From positions 15,562,001-15,626,000 of the forward strand of contig OZ024757.1 in NCBI GenBank assembly GCA_964016885.1: DNA of 64,000 nucleotides, in the 5' to 3' direction. The position numbers were made by a program, and so were the translations under genes. Of this stretch, positions 39,375 to 53,325 are shown one piece after another. The notes beneath the pieces were generated by a model. It searched no databases, was not told where the DNA came from, and saw nothing but the letters and a program-made list of their open reading frames with translations. The stretch's first letter is position 1. Every line of letters starts with the position of its first letter. The DNA is from Eledone cirrhosa. Taxonomy: Eukaryota.

Positions 39375-39568
39375 TTTTGGCTGTGCCCCACGGACAAAAT
39401 GGCAAAGGTATTGCTGTGGACAATGGCAAGCGACACCAACAACAAAAGCCACCCAACCTCGTCAGGCTCCTTCCTCGGATGGGCAGCTGTCATTCTGATT
39501 TTATGGAGGAGGTCAGCTGTATGGGGTCAAAAGATGCCTGAAGTCTCGATGGCAACCGGTGCAAAGAA
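39375..39568 (-). mobile_element. CRE-type LINE restriction-like endonuclease C-terminus, pseudogenised
   Basis: Minus translation FFAPVAIETSGIF*PHTADLLHKI...EPDEVGWLLLLVSLAIVHSNTFAILS fits the FxPxAxETxG...QRxSxAxxRGNAxxI end of CRE-type RLE domains. Confidence 0.65.
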
Positions 39569-40149
39569 TTAACAGAATTAACAGACAAAAACAAGAAAGG
39601 GTAGGGAGTGGAGGGAGGGGAACAAACTATACACACTTAGCTGGACAGTATATCTCAGCTAAGCTCAGTGAAGGCACGTGGCCAATTGGTAAGGCTGTTG
39701 GACTTACAACCATAAGGTTGTGGGTTTGATTCCTGGACTGGATTGAGTGTTGTGTTCGTTCTTAAGCAAAACACTTCATTTCACTTTGCTCCAATATACT
39801 CAGCTGAAAATGAGTACCAGTAATAACTGGAGGTTTAACTCTTTGATGGAGTGATGCCCTGTTCAGGGGAAAGTCTTTATACCCTCAAGTGGGACAATTC
39901 CCGTCTAACCCATGCTAGCGTGGAAGATAGATGTTAAACGATGATGATGACGACGATGATGATGATGACTCTCAGTCACTTCACACCACAGAAACTGGGA
40001 TAAGCACTGGCCTGATGAGCGTCGAGGCTCAGACGGGAACCCTGCAATGGACTAGCGACCTGTCCAGGGGAAAGTTTTGTACTCTCAATCACAGAAACCA
40101 AGATAAACACTAGTCTGATGACCCTCCAAACTTTAGACAGATTTTAGAT

Positions 40150-40525
40150 GCTCTGTGAACAAGATAGTGATAACATTGCTGCAGAAAAGAGTCAGCAGTA
40201 CCTGCTGATGCAGCCATTCCACCTCCATCAACCATAATATCAGCCTCATAATTTGGTGGAAAAAAAGTGTCAGTCAGTCCAGGGACCAAGGATGGTAGGG
40301 GTCTCAATGAAGACGACCAACACAAAAAAAGAAATCAGTTGATGAATGCTTGACATTTGGTCATCTTCTGCTCCTATGCATTGTAGGCAGCTGCACCTGG
40401 GTTTGAGGTTACAGTGGTGTAAGATTGACACTGAACAAAGTGTTGTAACATGTTTGTGGTCAAAGTAAAGAAGTCACCACTGAAATAGTGATAGTGCCCC
40501 ACTAAGGATTTCTCACGATGCAGCT
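40150..40525 (-). mobile_element. Second, older CRE-type RLE fragment
   Basis: Minus translation EKSLVG...NPGAAAYNA*EQKMTKCQAFIN*FLFFVLVVFIETPTILGPWT resembles the GKxLVWD...GAAAxxAExxKxxKY...FxPVAxETxGxxGP motif. Confidence 0.5.
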
Positions 40526-41856
40526 GAGAGAGAGAGAGAGAGAGAGAGAGAGTAAGAGAGAGACAGAGAATAATCAACAGCAGTACTTTGATTGGTACTT
40601 TATTTATCAGCCTCTGAAGGGTGAAGAGTAGAAGTTGATCTAACCCTTTAATGTTCAAACCGGCCAAAACCAGCCAGAATTCTCTACCTCTTTCTGTTGA
40701 AACTGACTGTAACTGGTCACTCATACTGATGTTAAGGTATTGTTCTCAAAATAAATACTTTCAAAATCTCATAGATTCGATATTATGTGAGATAAAGTCT
40801 TTACCATGAAAATATAATAGTATATATAGAGCAATGTGAATGCTAAAGGGCTAAGCAAGATTTGAACACAAAAGAACTGGATCAAATGCTTACAAGGTTT
40901 CTAATAATTCTGCTAATGGATCATATTTCCCACTTTGTAGTAGTTATAAATAATTCCAACTGGCACCAAATAATTCTGTCTTTGAATCGATGACATATGA
41001 AACATGAAGTGAGATTGAAAATAGAATGTTTGAGTGGATTTAGTGTCAAATTTACAAGTATTACATCAGTCTAGTCAAGGATTCCAATAGAAGAGACAAG
41101 TTTTCATTTAACCCTTTCATTACCATATTTCTAATAAAAGATACTCTCTGAGTTTTCAGATATTGAAAATAATGAAGAATTTGAAGGGATTTAGTAATGC
41201 AACTAACTTGCATTCTTAAGCTGAAGTTTGGAGCAAAACTTTAACTCATCCATTACCATATTTCTAATGTAAGACACTGCCCGTTTTTAAATGATTGTTT
41301 CTACTTTTGGCACAAGGCCAGCAATTACCCAGTGCATTACTGGTACTTTATTTTATCGATCCCGTAAGGATGAAAGGCAAAGCTAACCTCGGCAGGATTT
41401 GAACTCAGAATGGCAAGGGCCGTAACTCTATGCGTCAAAGCATGGCGTCCGACCCTCTACCGATACTGCCAATCCACCGCCCATGTTTTTAAATAATATT
41501 CAAAATAATGAAGAATTTTAAGGAATTTAGTAATACAACTAAATTTCTCGTTATTAAGCTGGTATTTGGAACATAATGTTTTCATTACCATATTTCTAAT
41601 AAAAGACACTACCTATAATTTTCAAATTCTTTGCTGACTTATTCCTGAGAGGATCATGGGGACAGTCATCAAATATTCCTTCCAATAGGTCCTCTCAGAA
41701 GCAACCATCTCCAATTGACCTGGCTGGATAACCAATACAGACCAACCAAGCTCATGGATGTTATCCAATCATCATGCCCAGAGTCTACTCCTGAGTCTCT
41801 CGCCAGTTGGTTTTGCCTATAAAATCTCTCCAGCGATTCTTTCCCCCCGAGATATT

Positions 41857-42289
41857 TTAACCATATGACCATATGTTCAAACCGGCCCAAACCGGCCAGA
41901 ATTCTCTACTTTTTTCTGTTGAAACTGGCTGTAACTGGGCGCTCAAACTGGGCGCTCAAACTGATGTTAAGGTATTGTTCTCAAAATAAATACTTTCAAA
42001 ATTTCATAGCTTCGATATTATGTGACATAATTATGTGAGATAAAGCCTTCACCATGAAAATATAATTGTTTCTAATTTAGGCACAAGGCCAGCACTTACC
42101 CAGTGCATTACTGGTACTTTATTTTATCGACCCCGTAAGGATGAAAGGCAAAGTCAACCTCGGCGGGATTTGAACTCAGATCATAAAGGGACGTAACTAT
42201 GCTGGAAAGCATGGCGTCCGACCCTCTACCGATACTGCCAATCCAAATATAATAGTATATATAGAGTAATGTGAATGCTAAAGGGTTAA
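41857..42289. mobile_element. piggyBac-like MITE containing a SINE-B (42063-42245) with TSD aaatataat
   Basis: MITE halves are colinear with intact copies; aaatataat is duplicated at 42058 and 42245. Confidence 0.75.
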
Positions 42290-43173
42290 TTTGAAGAAGT
42301 AGCAGCTCTACCTGGAGTGAATCTCTGAGCTATCCACTCTATTTAGAAACATTACTCCACAGACCCTTCAGAGGAACCCTATTTCAGCTATCTGTATTTG
42401 TGATCATATTCTTTCCAAATTTAGTAATATAACTAACTGGTACTCTGTTGATTACGATGACAAGTGTTCCAGTTGATACAACCAACAAAATAGCCTGCTC
42501 ATGAAATTAACGTGCAAGTGGCTGAGCATTCCACAGACACACATGCACTTATCATAGTTCTCAGGGAAATTCATCATGACACAATATGACAAGACTGGCT
42601 CTTCGAATTGCAGGCATAACTCATTTTTGCCAGCTAAGTGGATTGGAGCAGTGTGAAATAAAGTGTCTTGCTTAAGGATACAACACACCACTGGGAATCA
42701 GACTCATGACCATATCATTGTGAGCTGAATACCCTAACCAAAAAGCCACATGCCTTCACAGTAATATATAATTAATTTTCTCATTATTAAGTTGTTGTTC
42801 GGAACCTAACTTAACGAAGATTCTTACATAAAATTATGATGGAAGCTTTCCAGATAAATATAAACATTTCAAAACAAACAGGCTTTCTAAGGATATTTTC
42901 TATAGTAAAGTTGTTTCATCATGTGATATGCTGATGCAGTAAAATTAATTTTTATAATTTCATTTACTGGTTTCAACCACCTAACTCTGGGGGGATTTAC
43001 TGGATCATGTCAATCCCAGTACTTATTCTATTGATTTCTTGTTTGTCGAACCACGAAGTTACAGAACATAAACAAACAGTAAATTTAAACACAAACACCC
43101 ATATATATATATGCGGTGTCTCAAAAGACACTATCTACTTTGATGTATTTATTGCTATAAAATATATATATAT

Positions 43174-43522
43174 ATGGAGGCACATGGTTTAGTGGTTAGA
43201 GCATTGGCCTTGCAATCGAAAGGTTGTGAGTTCAATTCTCAGACCGGGTGATGCGTTGTGTCCTTGAGCAAGAGACTTTATTTCACATTGTTCCAGTTTA
43301 CTCAGCTGTAGAAATGAGATGATAGGGACTGGGGTCCCTATCATTCCACTGCAAAGTGGTCGTGGAGGTGCCACGGCAAAAAAGCACCCAGCACTCACTG
43401 TAAATGAGGTTGGTGTTAGGAAGGGCATCCAGCTGTAGAAATCAAGCCAGAATCAGTTCCCGTTCCACCCTTACAAGCAGGGAAAAGTTGACGTAAAATG
43501 ATTATGGTGATGATGATGATGA
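43174..43522 (+). mobile_element. SINE family A (tRNA head, RTE tail)
   Basis: Matches 18277 and the minus copy at 62960-63298. Confidence 0.85.
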
Positions 43523-44004
43523 TATATATATAAGGAAAAAAGATGAAATCGAAAATACAACTGGAGTCTTTTTAAGAATATTTATTTGTTTCCTTTACCG
43601 GTATATATATATATATATTTAAAAAAAGTAAAAGAATGACTTCACTTGTAGTTCTAAACATTTTAATCTAATTTTATTATAATAATATTATGAAATTAAA
43701 TTAAATTGTTTAGAACTACAAGTGAAGTCATTCTTTTCCTTTTTTTAAATATACCTAACTACACTAAGGAATTCACACTTTTTCTATATATATATATATA
43801 ATGAAAAATTTGAACAGGGACAGAACAGAGAGGCAGTACAATAAATGTTTATTAAATTCACGCTCAGGAGAGTGGGGGATATATATATACATATATTAAA
43901 ATATAAGTATTAATAAAATAGATGTTCTTTTGATCAATTACTTGATTACTACCTTGATTAAATCTTAACCATTTAACATCTCAGGGTATGTCATGTATGT
44001 CATG

Positions 44005-44059
44005 TATTTTGTCTGATGAGGACGTACTGGTGTACATCCGAAATATGTATAATAAAATG
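44005..44059 (+). ncRNA. Type I hammerhead ribozyme motif between inverted arms 43893-43940 / 44059-44107
   Basis: tattttgt CTGATGA ggacgtac-tggt-gtacatcc GAAA tatgta TA ataaaatg; quasi-palindromic stem III ATATGTAT. Confidence 0.75.
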
Positions 44060-44235
44060 TAATTGATCAAAAGAACATCTATTTTATTAACACTTATATT
44101 TTAATATTAATAAGTCCTGAAAATTATTTACCGTTGAGTGCTTCCAATCTACTGTAAAACTCATTCTTTGACATAATCATCGAATATTGTTTAACAACTT
44201 AATATATATATATGTATATAGATCTGTAATAGTAA

Positions 44236-45033
44236 TATACGGCAAAGCATAAACGAACTAAGGGAAAAATTAGAAATAAGAGGGATCAGATGTTGTTTAC
44301 TCGAGAGAAGACTACGTTGGTATGGTCACGTGATGCGCATGAAAGATGACAGCTGTATAAAAAAAGTGCAGGGCAATAAAAATAGACGGTAGCCACGGAG
44401 TAGGCAGACCCAGAAAAACCTGGGACGACTTGATAAATTCCGACCTCACACACTTACACCTCTCCAAGACAATGTCACTGGACCGAGATCTTTGGCGCTA
44501 CACAGTAATACAGAAGACCCGCCTTACCTAAGTACAAAGTGTAACCTACTACAGTCAGTAGGCACCTCTAACAAAATACACCCCCGTCCCACTACCCCCA
44601 CCCCATCCACACCACCCCTTTCAATGTAAAGTTATGTTGGTACCACAACATCCAGTCCGAAACAAATGAGGTCGTGTAGGTGTCACGACAAAAAAACACA
44701 CAGTCCACGCTGTAATGTGGCCATGTAGGTAACACGGTAAAAACCTCTCAGTTCACACTGTAAACGTGGTTGGTGTTAGGAAGGGCATCCAGCTGTAGAA
44801 AACCCGCCAGACAGTCCACGCTGTAATGTGGCCGTGTAGGTAACACGGTAAAAACCTCCCAGTCCACACTGTAAACGTGGTTGGTGTTAGGAAGGGCATC
44901 CAGCCGTAGAAAACTCGCCAGACAGTCCTATACGAGCAAGACAACCACTCTTGCCTCAAGTGGGAAAACTCCCGTCCAAACCCATGCAAGCGTGGAAGAT
45001 GGACGTTAAACGATGATGAAGATGATGATGATG
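44236..45033 (+). mobile_element. RTE-clade LINE 3' fragment
   Basis: [29 protein letters not shown] ... (frameshift) GRPRKTWDDLI; 3' UTR and (GAT)n tail. Confidence 0.85.
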
Positions 45034-46283
45034 TATTGGTGCTCTGAAATAGTGATGTATGCGTATTGTATATTTAATAGTATACTGTATGTTTATTTTA
45101 AAACATTTTGAAGGTCTTTCACTATGAATTTTAAGGTAATGCCTAACGTCACATACCTAGCTTCAGCAAAAACAGGGGGAGCTAATTAACGGTCACCGTT
45201 TCTCACTTATTAGTGGTTATCAAGATTACATATCCCTGCACCTTTACTGAAGCAGATGGACCCTTAAGTTTCATTTAGGTTGGTGGCATGTGGATTAGAT
45301 TTACTTTCTTAAGCATGATTAGTAAGATAGTGATAATATTTAATCATTTAAATGCATTCATATATATGTATGTGAAGGTGTATTGCTGAATGGTTAGAGA
45401 ATTGGATTCACAATCGTGAGGCTGTGAGTTTGATTCCTGGACCAGGGTGATGCGTTATGTCCTTGAGCAAGACACTTTATTTGATGTTGCTCTTTCTACC
45501 TGGAATTGCAACCGATAGATAGTATTAGCAATTGGAAAGACCAATAGAAACATAGAGTTATGGCACTTTATGGTCTGGGTTCAAATCTCGTTGAGGTTAA
45601 CTTTGACTTTCAATTTTACGGGGTCGATAAAATAAAGTACGAGTAGTGTACTAGTATAATTGCTGACCTTGTGCCAAAAGTCGAAACAATTATTTGCACA
45701 AAGTGAATATTTAATAATATTTTTTCAAGACATGTTAAAGTGAATTCGCGAACTTTAAGTTCGCTTAAAAAGTGTACAGACTGTATATATATATATATGT
45801 GCGTGTGTGAGGTGTGTATGTATTATGTGTATGTGCATGCGTGTATACTCTTTACATTTTCCTAAATGTTTCATAGTTATGTTTGGAAGAGAAATTCTAG
45901 TAGAGAATCTAAGAAATAATAGCAGATGTCATCCATGGAGAGGTAGATATATATGTTGTGGCATTGTTGATTGGAATAACTTTGACGTCAGAAATGGGTA
46001 TTGTTGTTATTTGCTGATGGGAAAAATAAAATATAATATACAAACGTTATGGCGGAATTTACTAGAAAAACTGTAGAAAGTCTTGGACACTGTTAACTGT
46101 CTTAGCATTCAAGTAGAAGCTCTTGTAATTTCCTGGGTATGTATGTATGTATGACTGTATGTATGTCTGTCTGTATGTGCATGAGTATGTGTGTGTATCT
46201 GTATGGGTATGTGGGTATGTGTATGTATGTGTTCATGTATGTGTATATATATATATATATGTGTGTGTATGTATATATATATG

Positions 46284-46343
<60 letters not shown>

Positions 46344-46401
46344 TATATACATACACACACATATATATATATATATGTGTGTGTGTATGTATATATATAT
46401 A

Positions 46402-46608
46402 TAACAAAGGAAATGTGGTAAGGAACCAGGTGGACCATAATGCACCAAAGTACTCAATACTTAGGGTAGTAGAGTGGGTAATAGGAACGAGTAGGACCCC
46501 GACGGCTGAGCTCAAGCCGTTTCGACGGCTAATTCTGGACTAAAAGATTTTTAGTCCAGAATTAGCCGTCGAAACGGCTTGAGCTCAGCCGTCGGGGTCC
46601 TACTCGTT

Positions 46609-46612
<4 letters not shown>
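46402..46612. mobile_element. Fold-back Penelope-like end (family 5), perfect palindrome 46481-46612
   Basis: ataggaacgagtaggacccc...ggactaaaa gat ttttagtcc...ggggtcctactcgttcctat. Confidence 0.7.
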
Positions 46613-46645
<33 letters not shown>

Positions 46646-47123
46646 GTGTATGTATATATAAATATATATATGTGTGTGTATGTGTATATATGTGTCTGTG
46701 TAAAAGGGGCAGCCATGTCACATATTGTGTCATACAGAATCATCATCATCACTAATACTGCAACTAATACACGGTGAACTGTACCTGTAGAGTGAGCCAT
46801 CCTTGTCCCACTCTGTCATGCTGAATCTCCCTGAGAACTACGTTAATGATACCTATATCTGTGGAATACTCAGCCTTTTAAACTATAATACAAGATAGAC
46901 TATATCTGTAATTCGAAGGGTCAGCCTTGTCTGTCACTCTTTCATGAATAATCTCCAGCACAGAATTATATTAACCCTTTAGCATTTAAACCAGCCATAT
47001 CCAGCCAGAATTGCCTCAACTCTTTCTGTTCAAACTGGCAGCTCATACTAATGTTAAGGTATTATTCCCAAAATAAATAACATCAAAATCTTGTAGATTT
47101 GATATTAATAAAAAAAAAAAAAA

Positions 47124-47334
47124 AATGAAATTATTGGGTACAGTGCTCAGATGCACTACAACTCACCAAAGGTGCATGCATAGTACATAGAATAATGTAC
47201 AAATGTCAGGAAAGTGAACAGTGTATGAGTCATGATATACATGTGTGCGAGTGTATGGAGGAGGATTTAAGATGTAGTGTTGGCAAATTTCAGGCGGCAT
47301 GGAGGTATTAAAAGATGCAGTGTCTCAGCAGCTA
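47124..47334 (-). mobile_element. CR1-type LINE extreme 3' end nested in a piggyBac-like MITE (46971-47390)
   Basis: Minus SC*DTASFNTSMPPEICQHY then a UTR shared with 32030-32250. Confidence 0.55.
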
Positions 47335-48338
47335 TAATTATGTGAGATGAAGTGTTTACCATGAAATTACGATAGTACATATAGAGTAAACATCATCATC
47401 ACCTCCGTTTTAGTTCATTCTTCCATGCTAGCATAGGTTAGATGGTGACCCTGTCTTGCTCATACAGAACTGATTTTAGCTTGGTTTCTACAGCTGGATG
47501 CCCCTCCTAACACCAACTTCATTTACAGTGAGTACTGGGTACCTTTTTACCATGGCACCTACACGACTACTTTACAGTGTGGACTGGGTGCTTTTTTGTT
47601 ATGATATCTACACAACCACTTAAAAGTGGGAGGTGGTGGGGGCATAATGTCTATATGTTTCAGCTTCGGCTTGTACCCGTGGAAGTCAGGTCTTCTGTAT
47701 TACTGTGTAATACCAAAGGTTTTGGTACTGTGTCATCGCCTTTGAGAGGTACAATTGAGCAAGGTCAGTTTTTATCACCTCATCCCATGTAAATGCTAAT
47801 GGATTAAGGGTACATATGTCTGCGGAATGCTAATGGGTTAAGGGTACATATGTCTGTGGGATGCTAATGGGTTAAGGGTACATATGTCTGTGGAATGCTC
47901 ATCCACTTGCAAGTTAATTTCATCAGTAGGCTGTTTTGTTGTCTGAACAAGTAGAACACTCGTCATCAGATCTGATGGAGGTCACAATATCACACCATCA
48001 CATCGTGATGTTTGCATGAGAGAAGGTTCCATCCTGAATCAATAATTTGGTTTAGCATTTCTTCAGTGTTGCCATGTTGGTGAAGAACATAAGAGAATAT
48101 CTCTCACCATGGAATGATTCCATAGTGATATAATGAGAATGATAATTTACATGGTTGTGTGTAATTTACATATCATTACAGCAATCCATAATTTCTAGTA
48201 CATACACACCTATATTTATATAAAACAGTTCTAGTCCTGTAGAAGCCATTTCTATCTTAAAATATATATATATATAATTTTAATATAGATGAGATTCTAC
48301 AGGACTAGAACTGTTTCATTCATTAGAAATCATCAGGA

Positions 48339-48389
48339 AGATTCCTGATGATTTCTAAAGAATGAAACAGTTCTAGTCCTGTAGAATCT
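48339..48389 (+). ncRNA. Hammerhead motif (family 1), inside palindrome 48278-48403 with a minus-strand mirror
   Basis: agattc CTGATGA tttctaaagaat GAAA cagttctagtcctg TA gaatct; stem I covaries relative to 14901. Confidence 0.8.
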
Positions 48390-48666
48390 CATCTATATTA
48401 AAACTTTTATACTCTGCTATGTATTGAGTACCTTACTTACTGTGGTTACCTCCGATTCAACCCGGAATAACGTATATATATATATATATATATATAGATA
48501 AATATACACGGGTGTGTATGATTGTGTATAGAAGATTATATTAATAAAAGGAATTCCAACTTTGTCTGATTTACTCGTTTTATTTACAATCCTTTAACAT
48601 TCTTTAAAATTTATAATGGCATTAGAATGAAATAGTATGGTAGAATATTAAACGTTAAGTATTAAT

Positions 48667-48705
48667 TGAACAAGTACTTTCATGCTTTCGCAATCTTCAG
48701 GTTCA
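48667..48705 (-). ncRNA. Minimal hammerhead motif (family 2), third copy
   Basis: Reverse complement of tgaacaagtactttcatgctttcgcaatcttcaggttca, identical to the 23002 motif. Confidence 0.78.
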
Positions 48706-48984
48706 TATTGTGCGGTGACAGTCAAGTTTGCAATTTTCAACTGCATATATATATATATATATATCAAAGGTATATATTGAGTAAGAAACTCAAAATAGTC
48801 TCTTACAATAAAATAGCTCTAGGAAAGAGATTTTTCCGAGCCGTATATTATAATTGAATATAAAAGAAAAACGAACACAGATATATAAATATATGTTTTC
48901 AAATCATAAGGGACCAGATTCGCTAAGGTGAAAAGAATACTAACTATAGACAATAGGGTTTGCCAGACTCAATTTAAGAATAAA

Positions 48985-49288
48985 TCAAGAAAGTAACGAT
49001 GCAGGTAGTTTGTTCCATGCTTCAGCAACTCTGAGCGTGAAAAAATGTTTCCGAAAGTCATGGAAGCTGTGCTGTTTTCTGACATTGTGGGCATACCCAC
49101 GTGTGGTAGACACATAGAAATCAAAAAGGTACTGAGGGCTGTTGTTGGCAACATAGTTAATAATTTTGTGGGTGTTTACCAAGTCAGTTGCCAGACATAG
49201 GAACTTCAATGTATCCATGCCCAGGGAAGCAAGGCGTTCAGAGTGTGGTAGATGCCTGATGAAGGGTATTCGCTTGGTTGCACGTCTC
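48985..49288 (-). mobile_element. CR1/L2-group LINE ORF2 C-terminal fragment
   Basis: [28 protein letters not shown]...DLVNTHKII...TRG...[17 protein letters not shown] is the canonical CR1 end. Confidence 0.85.
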
Positions 49289-49323
49289 ATATATATAAAT
49301 ATATATATATATATATGTGTATG

Positions 49324-49422
<99 letters not shown>

Positions 49423-49594
49423 CGATATAAAACATACAATATATATATATATTAAACATACAATATATATATACACATATATTATGAATACATATATCAT
49501 CATTTTACATCGGCTTTTCCCTGCTTGCAAGGCTGGGAATATACAAGTGTCTATATATTTATATAAATATATACACATATATATTATAAATATT

Positions 49595-49647
<53 letters not shown>

Positions 49648-49657
49648 ATATATACAT

Positions 49658-50530
49658 ACGAGGTGTGTCAGAAAAGTTCCAGGAGTGATGTCACAAAAGA
49701 TTTATTTCAAACCCAAACTTCACACTAAGAGTTTTCTCCTTCAAAGTAATCCCCCTGGAGAATGTAACTGTAATCGTAGCTCTCTGCAGCCATCAAACTT
49801 TTTTCTTCATAATTTTATATACATGTCCTCTGTTTCAGGTCGTCAAGCAATGAGCACAGAGCAACGAAAAAACTAGAAAACTCCGTCAGAAGCACTGGGA
49901 TTGCTGCAGCAAGTGTATGGAGATGAGATGATGCCACGCTCACGTGTTTCTGAGTGGTGCAAGAGGTTTAAAAAGGACGCGAGGATGTGGAAGATGACCC
50001 CAGGAGCGGAAGGCCCTCAACAACCAGGACTGAGATCAACGTTGAGCGTGTCAGGCAGATGCTGTCGGCTGACTGTTCGACTGATGGTAAATGAGCTGGG
50101 CATGAATCGGGACAGCGTCTGGAAGATTCTCACTGAAGATTTGGACATGCGGAAAGTCTGCGCGAAGATGGTGCCAAAACTGCTGAGCGATGACCAGAAG
50201 GGTCGACGCATGCAAGTGTGCCAGGACATCCTCGAGCGTCTTGAAACCGAATCAGACTTGCTAGGGACAGTCATCACCGGTGATGAGTCATGGATCTTTG
50301 AGTACCACCCGGAGGGGACCCGTTTTGAAGACGTAGACATCAAAAAAGCCATGATGACAGAAATGCGGAGGATCCCAGAAGAATCCTTCCAGGAGTGCAT
50401 GCAAGCGTAGCAGAAAAGGATGGACAAGTGCATTAGACTCCAGGGGGATTACTTTGAGGGAGAAAACTCTTAGTGTGAAGTTTCAGTTTGAAATAAATCA
50501 TTTGTGACATCAATCCTGCAACTTTTCTGA
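49658..50530 (+). mobile_element. Tc1/mariner (mariner-type) transposon, internally deleted and frameshifted, ~100-bp TIRs
   Basis: TIRs ~49658-49760 / 50439-50530. Transposase remnants LQQVYGDE...RSRVSEW, RKVCAKMVPKLL, VITGDESWIFEYHPE fused directly to GTRFEDVDIKK. Confidence 0.88.
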
Positions 50531-50544
50531 TTGATGTCACAAAT

Positions 50545-53237
<2,693 letters not shown>

Positions 53238-53325
53238 ACTTAGTGTTAATGTGTGTTATTAATAACTTCTATTTAAAGATGTACATTGCTTTTTAATATT
53301 TCAGAACATCCATGTTACTGATGAT

